Source: Patescibacteria group bacterium (GTDB lineage Bacteria; Patescibacteriota; Patescibacteriia; UBA9934; GWF2-40-263). Taken from it: a DNA stretch of 64,000 bases. Below, piece after piece: positions 52,122 to 60,577 of this stretch. A model generated the notes under the pieces. It made no database searches, was not told the origin of the DNA, and was given only the letters and a program-made list of their open reading frames with translations. How positions within the stretch are numbered: position 1 is the stretch's first letter; every line of letters begins with the position of its first letter. Position numbers and translations under genes: made by a program. The stretch spans positions 132,368 to 196,367 of the forward strand of contig JBAZTR010000002.1 in the NCBI GenBank assembly GCA_041661745.1, given 5' to 3'.

Positions 52122-52511
52122 TTGACAAAGTTACCATGTTCTAGCATCCTTAAAATAGTCACCAACCACCCGATCGGAGAAAAAATGTTCATTCCCGTCA
52201 CAGATCTTCCACCAGAAGCTTACAAGCTCGCCTATATCTTTGTCATTTTTAGTGCGATAGGTTTCTGGTCACACCTCCTGCTCTTTCATGGCAGAAAACG
52301 GAAGCTTATCCAACATCTATTCTTCATGATGTTTATACTTGGCGTGATTACTGGGCTTGAGGTATTAAGCCGTACAAACTATATAACCGGCTTAGACGGT
52401 GCAATATCTTTTACTGCCTCCGTTTGCCTGATTTCTGGTTGGTTTACCAGTGTAATGTACGACCTTGTTGAAAAAAAATGGTGGGAACCACAAAATCCGA
52501 CCAAGAACTAG
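52122..52511 (+). CDS. Hypothetical membrane protein
   Basis: Several hydrophobic segments. The true start is possibly at MFIPV (52185). Confidence 0.35.
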   Translation: MTKLPCSSILKIVTNHPIGEKMFIPVTDLPPEAYKLAYIFVIFSAIGFWSHLLLFHGRKRKLIQHLFFMMFILGVITGLEVLSRTNYITGLDGAISFTASVCLISGWFTSVMYDLVEKKWWEPQNPTKN

Positions 52512-52611
52512 TTTCGGTCGGTCAAACTCCCCGAGCCCGACATGCGACTCGGATTTTTATTTTGCGACACATTGTGATATTATCGGGGGGATAAATATGA
52601 TTAATCGGCGT

Positions 52612-52669
52612 CAGGGCGCTAAGGCGTTTAGGCCTTAGGGGCATAACCTTAAAGCCCTTTAACGCCCGG
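52612..52669. repeat. GC-rich palindromic intergenic repeat (copy R2), abutting the methyltransferase start codon
   Basis: CAGGGCGCTAAGGCGTTTAGGCCTTAGGGG..CCTTAAAGCCCTTTAACGCCCGG. Shares the 20-mer GGGCGCTAAGGCGTTTAGGC with the reverse complement of R1. Confidence 0.7.
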
Positions 52670-53995
52670 ATGCCGACCATCCAAACCAATCCCCAAAATA
52701 TGACATTTTTTGTACTCGGTTCTCACCCGGCCCTTTCGGTCGCAGAAATTGCGAACGTGCTTGGTGTGGAAATAAACCACTCACAATATTCAAAAGAAAT
52801 TTTATTGCTCGATGAAATCGGCACTTCACCCGAAGCCCTGCAAGGTCGTTTGGGTGGTACGATTAAAATCGGCGACATTGTCGGCGAAGTGAACCCCCCT
52901 TCGCCGGGCTTCGGCGGGGCAAGAAAAATTGATAAGGAAGAGGTCGCTGATCTTTTTGTTTCGCTTCTCGCCCACCCCTCACCCCTGCCCCTCTCCCTGA
53001 GGGAGAGGGGGGAGGAGGAGAGGGGTAACCGTGTTGTTTTCGGCATCAGCACCTATTCACTCGATGCCCACCGCGATCTTTCGACTGAAGTCAAACAAAT
53101 TGGCATGACCATAAAAACCAAGTTAAAAGAAGAAGGCCGAACCGCTCGTTTTGTTTCGACCAAAACTGCCGCCCTGCCAAGCGCGGCGGTGACCGGCGAA
53201 AAGCTTCTGGAAAACGGAGCTGAATTTGTAATCATTGTCTCTAAAGAAAAAATATACCTTGGTCAAACCCGCATTGTGCAGGATTTTCAAAGCTGGTCAG
53301 CCCGTGACTACGGTCGACCGCGTCGCGATGCCAAGTCCGGCATGTTGCCGCCAAAACTCGCGCGCATGATGATTAATTTGTCCGGCGCCAAAACCTCGGC
53401 TGCTTTGCTCGATCCGTTTTGTGGCTCGGGCACAGTGCTTATGGAAGCGGCGCTAATGGAATTTACCAATCTTATCGGCAGTGATATTTCCGAAAAAGCC
53501 ATTAAGGACACAACAATAAATTTAGATTGGTTAAATCAAAACGAAGAAGTTGATACTTCCGGAATTCGTCTTTTTAATAAACCAATCGAAACCCTGGCCG
53601 GAGACTTAAAAGAAAAAGTTGAGGTGATTGTCGGTGAAACCTATCTCGGTCCACCGCTCTCGGGTCGCGAAACACCGTTTCGACAAAAACAAATCATGGA
53701 CGAGCTGCTTGAACGCACCGCTTCCGGCCTGGCCGCCTTACTTCAACTTCTTAAAAAAGGTGGAACCGTGGTTTTGGCTCTCCCGGCTTTCTGTGCCCGC
53801 CATAGCCCGGCGACGGCGGGTCAGAATGGAAAAAATATTCAATATCTACCAACCAAAAAACTGGCCGAGGCCGTTGGTTTACAAATTGTTCCCTTCACCG
53901 GCGAACCAAACGAGGTTTCGCCTAATGGTGGGCTACTGTATGTTCGTGAAAATCAAAAAGTGGGAAGAGAAATTGTGAAAATGGTTCTTAAATAA
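52670..53995 (+). CDS. THUMP-type class I SAM-dependent RNA methyltransferase (RlmL/Trm11-like) with an in-frame palindromic insertion
   Basis: Motif I LLDPFCGSGTVLMEAA preceded by MLPPKLARMMINLSG. Low-complexity insert HPSPLPLSLRERGEEERGNR encoded by the palindrome at 52988-53010. Confidence 0.55.
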   Translation: MPTIQTNPQNMTFFVLGSHPALSVAEIANVLGVEINHSQYSKEILLLDEIGTSPEALQGRLGGTIKIGDIVGEVNPPSPGFGGARKIDKEEVADLFVSLLAHPSPLPLSLRERGEEERGNRVVFGISTYSLDAHRDLSTEVKQIGMTIKTKLKEEGRTARFVSTKTAALPSAAVTGEKLLENGAEFVIIVSKEKIYLGQTRIVQDFQSWSARDYGRPRRDAKSGMLPPKLARMMINLSGAKTSAALLDPFCGSGTVLMEAALMEFTNLIGSDISEKAIKDTTINLDWLNQNEEVDTSGIRLFNKPIETLAGDLKEKVEVIVGETYLGPPLSGRETPFRQKQIMDELLERTASGLAALLQLLKKGGTVVLALPAFCARHSPATAGQNGKNIQYLPTKKLAEAVGLQIVPFTGEPNEVSPNGGLLYVRENQKVGREIVKMVLK

Positions 53996-54023
53996 ATACC
54001 AAAGGGATTCTTGAATTTAGACG

Positions 54024-54112
54024 GCACTCGGGCCTTAAGGGGCGTTAAGGTTTTGTCTGGGCTTGGATAAAAATTCCATGCCCTAGTGCCCTAAAACGCC
54101 TTAACGCCCGAC
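54024..54112. repeat. GC-rich palindromic intergenic repeat (copy R3)
   Basis: CGGGCCTTAAGGGGCGTTAAGG..GCCCTAAAACGCCTTAACGCCCG. The arms are exact reverse complements (GGGCGTTAAGG / CCTTAACGCCC). Confidence 0.7.
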
Positions 54113-54180
54113 CGTGTCCGTCATAGCTCGCCTCGAGCGACGGCGGAATGCCACCTAGCCACCGCGATTCCAAAAACACT

Positions 54181-55101
54181 ATGCCAACTCAAATCGATAA
54201 ACTCTTAACTGACTTCCTTGAATATCTCGAAGTCGAACGCGGTCGCTCGGCCCGGACGATTAGAAATTACGATTTTTATTTGCGCCGGTTTATTAAATGG
54301 GCACGCCACCCTTCGCCGGCCGGCATTACCGATGATTTGATTCGCAAATTTCGCCTGTGGCTTAATCGTGCTGTGCCCGGACGACTTGATTCCACCATAA
54401 AAAAGAACACACAAAATTATCACCTTATTGCCTTGCGAGCTTTTCTTAAATACTTGGCTCGTCGCGATATAAAATCCATGTCCCCGGAAAAAATCGAGTT
54501 GGCTAAAGCCCCCTCGCGCATTGTTGCTTTTTTAGAAGCCGATGAATTGGATCGTGTTTTACAAATTCCCCTAGCCGCCGGCGAAGATTTAATCGGCTTG
54601 CGCGACAAAGCCATTTTGGAAATGCTTTTTTCGACCGGCCTACGCGTGTCCGAATTGGCTAATTTAAAAATCGATCAGGTAAATTTGAAACGCGACGAAT
54701 TCACTGTCCGCGGCAAAGGCGACAAACCGCGCGTTGTTTTTTTATCCGACTCGGCCAAAGAGTGGTTAAAAAAATATTTAAACAAACGCCACGATACTTC
54801 GCCTTACATGTTCATTTGCCACGACCGTGCCAAACGCGGCCGTGAGGATTCCGGTCCAATTACTCCGCGTTCAATCGAACGGATGGTTGAGTATTGTGCC
54901 AAAGCCGCCGGGGTCACCAAACGCATTACCCCGCACACCTTGCGCCACACTTTTGCCACTGACCTTTTAATGAACGGTGCCGATATTCGTTCAGTTCAAT
55001 CGCTCCTCGGCCACGCTTCCATCACCACCACCCAGGTGTATACTCATATTACGAATAAACAGCTAAAAGAAGTGCATAAAAAATTTCACGATAAGAAATA
55101 A
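54181..55101 (+). CDS. Tyrosine site-specific recombinase XerC/XerD
   Basis: HTLRHTFATDLLMNGADIRSVQSLLGHASITTTQVYTH catalytic box (R, H-x-x-R, Y). Confidence 0.85.
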   Translation: MPTQIDKLLTDFLEYLEVERGRSARTIRNYDFYLRRFIKWARHPSPAGITDDLIRKFRLWLNRAVPGRLDSTIKKNTQNYHLIALRAFLKYLARRDIKSMSPEKIELAKAPSRIVAFLEADELDRVLQIPLAAGEDLIGLRDKAILEMLFSTGLRVSELANLKIDQVNLKRDEFTVRGKGDKPRVVFLSDSAKEWLKKYLNKRHDTSPYMFICHDRAKRGREDSGPITPRSIERMVEYCAKAAGVTKRITPHTLRHTFATDLLMNGADIRSVQSLLGHASITTTQVYTHITNKQLKEVHKKFHDKK

Positions 55102-55104
55102 AAT

Positions 55105-57465
55105 ATGCGTACCATAGAAAAATCAGAAGCACCTCCGGTCAAAGACACTCGGGAACCGAAAAATTCAAGCGAAATTATTAATGAAATTTTTCAGTACCTG
55201 GAAGAAAGAGAATTGATTGAGAGAAAACCGGATGGTGTACTTATCGTAGATAGCCAACTTTTATCCCGGTACGATGTCAGAGACGCTTTATTTCGAAAAC
55301 TCAACGGCCGGTTAGGTAAAACAAGGGCCGAGCAAATAGGCAACTTATTTCTAGAAGAAAAAGTTGTTATAAATTATTCAGAAGATGAAGTCGTCCCAAT
55401 CGGCAGCCAGAAACCAGAGCCACTTTTTTATTCACCTAAATCAAAAGAGGACGCCTTTGATTTAGAAAAAATCAAAGGCGCTAATTTTCATTTTGGCCTC
55501 TGGGAAGATTACAAGGGCTTTGTCGACAAAAACGGAAACACTGTCGAACAGCCGGGGGCAACAGATGGTTTATCTTTAATTGAGGCTTCGCTAGCCTGTC
55601 TTATTTTTCATCCTAAATTTGGTAATGGCCACCGCAACGAAAAGGGACAACTGGTTGTTCGGAGACCTAATGGACAAGAAACGGTTTTTTCGTCCAATTG
55701 GCTGAAGGAATGGCCCGGCATGCATACCAGAGTCAATGAAAAAAACAGTCGACCGTTGTTTGAATATTTTTTTACCAACAGTCAAACCATGGCCGCCAAC
55801 CTGCTAGAACAAGGTTTGCTTAATCGAGCTGATTTTGCCCGAACCAAAGAAGTAAGGACTTCGGAAACACGAGTTAGTAGTAATGGTATGGTTTCGATTG
55901 ATTCGGTCAAACACTACTTGGGTCGGCAGTATGCCGGAACCAGAGTTGAACCGCTTGGTGAAATATTAGCAGTGATTAGAGCCGACGAATCGGGAAACGA
56001 AACCTTAGTCGCCACAAGTCGACAGCTTAAAAAAGGTGATGTTGGCCTGGTCCAAAGAAAAACGGCCACCGGAACCTTTCTCGAAGCTCCGGTTGATCTA
56101 TGCCAACCAATACCTTTCGACCCAAAAAAACCGCACACCCTAGACGATTCCGCGGATATAGAAAAAAAAATTGAACAAGCCAAAGTCCTTAATGGCTTGC
56201 AAATGAAATTGGATTTTGATAATCACTTAAATCGCTCCGGATCCGAAGCCAGACTCAGCCTTCTTCCGTCTTTTTTGCAAAAGAAAATCCAAAAAAATAT
56301 TGCCAATCTGCCAACAATTTTTTCGCCTGGTTTAAAACTAAGTGAAGAAGACGGTCAGGACGGTTTAGAAATTTTTGCCATGACTATCGACCAACCGATT
56401 TTATTTTTACAAACTTTTTATTCACTTAAGGATTTGTCTGAAAGTGAACGTCTCAAGGCCCAGGAAACAATAAAAGAACTTTGCCACTTAAGACTGGCTG
56501 TACAGCATCTTTCTAGGAACCTCGGCAAAAAAGATTCAGAAAAAATTGGTGAAATGGTTAATGAAAGTTTAGTTAAAAGAGAAGAAGGCGGATTGGAAAA
56601 ACTCCGAACAGCTGTGGTTTCTGAACTGGCCACGGTTTTGGGAGCTGAATCATTACGGGTTGAACTACAAAATGCCGCGGAAACCGGCGAGGCTTATTTA
56701 AAATCAGTTTTTGAAGATCTATTGCGAGTCATGAGTCCGGAAACACCTAATAATGTCAAAACCAGTCTTAGAAAGTTATATAAAGAAATTAAATTTGAAC
56801 AATACAAACTCAACGAGTTATCGCAACAAAGAGATGAAAACTTTTTGAGGAAAAACTTGCAACTGGGTAGTCGTGTCGCCGACTTAGGTGCCGGCACCGG
56901 ACGCCTTTCCCAGCCATTGTCCGAAGCGGGAATTAAGGTAACTGCCGTTGACAATGTTCAACGCCACGTAGATTTAATGCGCCGAAAATTTCCAAAAGTT
57001 GAAGTTGTAAATGCTGATTGGACCAGAACCGGATTGCCAAATGAAAGTCAGGAAACCGTTTTCTCTTTGGGCCGTTCGATTCTTCACGAATTTACTTTGG
57101 CTAGACAAAATGCTTTGTTTCGCGAGGCCAACCGCATTCTTCAAGATGGTGGAAAATTTATTATCGATATTCCCGATCGCACCAAAGGCAACTACGCCCA
57201 TTTGGTTGAAAGCTACCGAGCCGCCATGGCCGAAAGAAACATTCCGGTTCGAGAGGGTTTAATTTACGACAGCCCCGATGGTCAAAACTTTTTTACAAGA
57301 TACGCTTATTCCCTGGAAGACATTAGGCACTTGGCCGAAGACAACGGTTTCCAAATTGAGACAACTGAAACCGCCCAGGTTGAAACAGGAGAAGGTGACG
57401 AAAACATTTATATTGTTATGAAGAAGGTTGGGCAACCAAAGGAGCAACTTCCTCTGGCGGCATAA
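55105..57465 (+). CDS. Large hypothetical protein with C-terminal class I SAM-dependent methyltransferase domain
   Basis: 786 aa. C-terminal VADLGAGTGRLSQPL motif I and IIDIPD motif. The N-terminal 550 aa are uncharacterised. Confidence 0.6.
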   Translation: MRTIEKSEAPPVKDTREPKNSSEIINEIFQYLEERELIERKPDGVLIVDSQLLSRYDVRDALFRKLNGRLGKTRAEQIGNLFLEEKVVINYSEDEVVPIGSQKPEPLFYSPKSKEDAFDLEKIKGANFHFGLWEDYKGFVDKNGNTVEQPGATDGLSLIEASLACLIFHPKFGNGHRNEKGQLVVRRPNGQETVFSSNWLKEWPGMHTRVNEKNSRPLFEYFFTNSQTMAANLLEQGLLNRADFARTKEVRTSETRVSSNGMVSIDSVKHYLGRQYAGTRVEPLGEILAVIRADESGNETLVATSRQLKKGDVGLVQRKTATGTFLEAPVDLCQPIPFDPKKPHTLDDSADIEKKIEQAKVLNGLQMKLDFDNHLNRSGSEARLSLLPSFLQKKIQKNIANLPTIFSPGLKLSEEDGQDGLEIFAMTIDQPILFLQTFYSLKDLSESERLKAQETIKELCHLRLAVQHLSRNLGKKDSEKIGEMVNESLVKREEGGLEKLRTAVVSELATVLGAESLRVELQNAAETGEAYLKSVFEDLLRVMSPETPNNVKTSLRKLYKEIKFEQYKLNELSQQRDENFLRKNLQLGSRVADLGAGTGRLSQPLSEAGIKVTAVDNVQRHVDLMRRKFPKVEVVNADWTRTGLPNESQETVFSLGRSILHEFTLARQNALFREANRILQDGGKFIIDIPDRTKGNYAHLVESYRAAMAERNIPVREGLIYDSPDGQNFFTRYAYSLEDIRHLAEDNGFQIETTETAQVETGEGDENIYIVMKKVGQPKEQLPLAA

Positions 57466-58228
57466 CTATTCCCTTTGAAGATAAAATAAACTTTATTGCC
57501 GAACGCAAAGTTGCGGCCAAAGAAGAGCTTTCAATAATCGTTCCGATAAGCTCTTCTTTTTTGTAACTGATAAAAGCCACCTTGTCACCAAAAACATCAA
57601 TCTCACCATGAAAATCATAAAGGTCGTGATCGACCGTGGCCACGGAACGCATTTGTTCTTTACTACTTTTAACGTAACTTTCAATATTCTTTTCACCAGA
57701 AGCCACAACATAAGCGTAAATACCCTTTTCAGCCCTGGCCGAACCGTAAGTTTTGGAAAGCCAACGGAAAATCTCCGGAGCCGGGTCATCGGGCCCAACC
57801 AGAGCAAAAATTGTCTTTTTGTCTTCCAGTGTTTCCCGATAGATTTCTTTCAGACTATCAATTCCTTCGAACATTCTAACTGTCGGACGCTTGGTAACCA
57901 GGTTGTATTGAGACTTAAGGGTTGGTAACGCTGCCGATAACTGGTTTAAAAGGTCATGACTGGCGGCCACCTTGGCCTGGGCAAGCCTACGCAAAGTCTC
58001 GGGATCAGCCGCTTTAAACACGGTTTTGGCCCCGGACTCCTCAAAAATTAGCCCCTTTTTCTTTAAAGAAGCCATTACATTATATAGGTTGCCACGGCCT
58101 AAACCCGAAGGAACCAGTAAATCCTGGGCCGGTTTTGGCCCTAATTCCAATAAAAGCTCATAAACCAGGGCCTCGGAATCATTTATTCCCAGTTGGGAAA
58201 GGATTGGGTAATGGACTTCGTGAATCAT
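57416..58228 (-). CDS. TrmB-like HTH transcriptional regulator
   Basis: Start at MIHEVHYPILSQLGINDSEALVYELLLELGP (winged helix of the TrmB family). The upstream extension to 58372 runs into a repeat and is unlikely to be coding. Confidence 0.55.
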   Translation of the reverse strand: MIHEVHYPILSQLGINDSEALVYELLLELGPKPAQDLLVPSGLGRGNLYNVMASLKKKGLIFEESGAKTVFKAADPETLRRLAQAKVAASHDLLNQLSAALPTLKSQYNLVTKRPTVRMFEGIDSLKEIYRETLEDKKTIFALVGPDDPAPEIFRWLSKTYGSARAEKGIYAYVVASGEKNIESYVKSSKEQMRSVATVDHDLYDFHGEIDVFGDKVAFISYKKEELIGTIIESSSLAATLRSAIKFILSSKGIVMPPEEVAPLVAQPSS

Positions 58229-58230
58229 AG

Positions 58231-58325
58231 AAAAGGGAGGGAAAGGGTTGGAAAGAGAGTGGAAGAGAGGGAAAGTTTTTCTTACTTTCCTTCCCTTTAA
58301 TCCCCTTTCCTTCTCTTTCATTCTT
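58231..58325. repeat. Inverted arrays of degenerate GGAAAG hexamers (purine arm / pyrimidine arm)
   Basis: GGGAGGGAAAGGGTTGGAAAGAGAGTGGAAGAGAGGGAAAG .. TTTCCTTCCCTTTAATCCCCTTTCCTTCTCTTTC. Confidence 0.6.
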
Positions 58326-58430
58326 TTACAAATACAGTATAACATCAAAATGCCATATTGTAAATGACACAAAGTGGATAACTATCTTGGCTTAAATTGG
58401 CCTAAATATGTAATATCTGCCACTAAAGTC

Positions 58431-58459
58431 TTGACAAGTTTCCTCTTTTATGATACTAT
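58431..58459 (+). promoter_or_regulatory. sigma70-like promoter (TTGACA, 17-nt spacer, TACTAT) in a gene-free region
   Basis: Consensus -35 with good spacing. No ORF follows. Confidence 0.5.
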
Positions 58460-58465
58460 AGTGTC

Positions 58466-58668
58466 ATCAAGATGAGGTACAGGGAAGCGAAGACCAGTAC
58501 TTCACCAGATCTTTAAAAAATAACGAGCGAGAGAGCCCTAGTCCAGGGTTAAATGGACATCTACTGAACAAGTAGTCTCCCCTATCCTTATATAGGGGGG
58601 CGAAAGAACAGTGGAAAAGACAGGTTTGTGTATCTTTCTCAAATAAGAACATAAACCTGTCTTTTTCT
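58466..58668 (+). ncRNA. Candidate small RNA of about 200 nt (unknown family), bounded by a promoter and an intrinsic terminator
   Basis: Promoter at 58431-58459. Internal hairpins (CCCCTATCCTTATATAGGGGG). Terminator AGACAGGTTT..AAACCTGTCTTTTT at 58618-58668. No ORF longer than 14 codons. Confidence 0.4.
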
Positions 58669-58974
58669 TTAAGACTCTGTCCTGGCCAGACTTGCCAGGA
58701 ATTAACTTGGATGAAAAGGAGATAAACACGCTATCGGTTGAGTCCAACTCAATGGATTCCCGAGGAGATACGGCGAGAGAGATTATCACCCTTTCAACTA
58801 AGCCAAACTTCTTAACGAGTGCGCAGTGGCCTAATTCCCTACGGGTTGAGTTGGACCACCTGCAGTCTTTAAGAAGACTATGAGGTTCTGCAAGAGGTGT
58901 TGGAACCATCTTCTGCCGGATGAACTTTCACAATTGAATATTCATCAAAAAAACTGACCGATACTTCGGGGGCA

Positions 58975-59017
58975 ATTCGTAATTCGTATATTCGTACGAA
59001 TTCGTAATTTCGTCCCC
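58975..59017 (+). repeat. Array of five TTCGTA hexamers with an embedded palindrome ATTCGTACGAAT
   Basis: AATTCGTAATTCGTATATTCGTACGAATTCGTAATTTCGT. Confidence 0.6.
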
Positions 59018-59215
59018 TCTCTGGAACAAGCCGATTTCGGATACTCGACCTTTAACCAGCCATGCTTGGATTAAAGATCATCGAGCCCGAGACTCAGGAC
59101 GTTCTGGAAGATTCGGTCTTCTTAACGAGGAGGGTTCTTCTTCCTCGGTTCGAATAAGTTCTTAACCCCTCTCCCCAACCCTCCCCCAAGGTGGGAGGGA
59201 GATCTAACTTGAGAA

Positions 59216-59396
59216 CTTTGAGAAAAATATGATTTACCAAATTACCTACATCGCTTCGGCGATCGGAACACTTGGGTTCATGCTCGGATTGAGCTAACCC
59301 AAAAAGCACGAGAGAAAAATCTCACGCGTGCTTCATGATTTATAACCTCACCCCACCCTCTCCTTAGTAAGGAGAGGGAGTTACAGATCACGAAGC
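59216..59396 (+). repeat. 180-bp leader repeat, copy A: mini-ORF + hairpins
   Basis: About 90% identical to 60578-60760. Contains the 22-aa ORF at 59229-59297, an imperfect hairpin AGCACGAGAG..CTCACGCGTGCT, and a perfect hairpin CCCTCTCCTTAGTAAGGAGAGGG. Confidence 0.85.
59229..59297 (+). CDS. 22-aa hydrophobic mini-ORF (MIYQITYIASAIGTLGFMLGLS), leader peptide or type-I-toxin-like
   Basis: Conserved in both copies of the leader repeat (paralog MIYYFVYVASAIGTLGVLLGLS). The differences are largely conservative hydrophobic substitutions. Confidence 0.4.
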   Translation: MIYQITYIASAIGTLGFMLGLS

Positions 59397-59466
59397 ATTC
59401 GAGGAGATCCACCTTCGCCGAGCTTCGGCGGACAAGGAGTCCACGATTGCGAATCCTGTCCATGTT

Positions 59467-59498
59467 GGACGGGTCCGGCAGGCATGCCGTCCTTTTTT
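59467..59498 (+). terminator. Intrinsic terminator / attenuator immediately upstream of the ribosome-binding site and ATG of the first GC-rich gene
   Basis: GGACGGGTCCGGCAGGCATGCCGTCC hairpin, then TTTTTT, then GGAGGAAAACATG. Confidence 0.55.
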
Positions 59499-59508
59499 GG
59501 AGGAAAAC

Positions 59509-60372
59509 ATGCGCTTCGTCATCAGCAGCAATCCCGTCGTCCTCGCCGCCGCCCTGCAGGACAAGCCGTCCGCAACGGTCGAGGCCGAGTACGGCAACGC
59601 CGTGGTCGAGGGCTCTGTCCTCACCATGGCGCACCACGGCCCCCGCGCCGGCCAGCCCGCGCCCTGTGCCTACGAGAACGGCTGCGCCGACGGGGTCGAG
59701 GTGGTGGGCCTGTCCCACTTCGATCTCGACACCCTCGGCGGGTGCGCGGCCATCCTCGGCCGCAAGGTCGAGGCCCCGACCTTCTGGCAGCTCGCCGAGT
59801 TCATCGACCTCAACGGGGCTCACAAGCTCAACGAGGGGATCGAGAAGACCGGCGCGACGCCCGACGACGTGGCCAAGCTCTTCGCCTTCTGGGCGTGGTC
59901 GCGCAACTTCCGCGTCTTCCCGAACCGCGACGGCAGCGTCAGCGACGTCACCGACAAGGTCATCGAGGGCTGCAACGTCCTCGACAAGATCATGAACGGC
60001 GATGCCGACCTGATGAAGGCCGGAACGGTCTACAAGGACGCGGAAGGGAAACTCAACGCCGACTCGTTCGTGGAGGCGAAGGACGGCGTGGTGGTGCGGG
60101 TCTCGTCCCAGTTCACCAACCACCTGTACAACACCCCCGACGGGAAGGCCCACGCCGCGGTCGTGGCCTACACCACGACGACCGGCGCAGTCACGGTCAG
60201 CTTCGCGGACTCCCCCAAGGGCAAGAACGCCCGCCAGATCGTGCAGGAGCTCTGGGGTGAGCTCGCCGGTGGCCACGCCGGAATCGCCGGCAGCCCCCGC
60301 GACCGTCGCATGTCCCTCATCGACCTCACCGCGGCGGTCGAGGCCCTCCGCGCCGCGCTCGCCGGCAAGTAG
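59509..60372 (+). CDS. Hypothetical protein (about 68% GC, foreign composition)
   Basis: ORF 59497..60372 with ATG at 59509 behind a GGAGG ribosome-binding site. Strong GC3 bias. No motif recognised. Confidence 0.55.
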   Translation: MRFVISSNPVVLAAALQDKPSATVEAEYGNAVVEGSVLTMAHHGPRAGQPAPCAYENGCADGVEVVGLSHFDLDTLGGCAAILGRKVEAPTFWQLAEFIDLNGAHKLNEGIEKTGATPDDVAKLFAFWAWSRNFRVFPNRDGSVSDVTDKVIEGCNVLDKIMNGDADLMKAGTVYKDAEGKLNADSFVEAKDGVVVRVSSQFTNHLYNTPDGKAHAAVVAYTTTTGAVTVSFADSPKGKNARQIVQELWGELAGGHAGIAGSPRDRRMSLIDLTAAVEALRAALAGK

Positions 60373-60577
60373 TCACATAGGTTTCTTTCCCAATTTCTTC
60401 TCCTTAGGGCGAAAAAAGTAAATTGGCCATGTGTGCTTTCGAACTCGAGCACGCGTGGAACCGTAGAGTTCAAAAGGAAAGTCGTCTCCCTTTAAGTAGA
60501 CGGCAAAAACAATGCACTCGATTGGCGGATTCACTCCCCGCCTCTTCGACTAAACTCTTGAATTTTCTTTCGAGGGC

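Noticed and set aside
57416-58372. Long form of the TrmB-like regulator (start at 58372)
   Set aside because: The first 48 codons translate the GGAAAG inverted-repeat array (KEKERGLKGRK..). The conserved winged-helix begins at the internal Met at 58228.
59337-59372. Second mini-ORF MIYNLTPPSP inside the leader repeat
   Set aside because: It is only 10 codons, overlaps the perfect hairpin, and the reuse of the ATGATTTA start word is most simply an internal partial duplication of the repeat.
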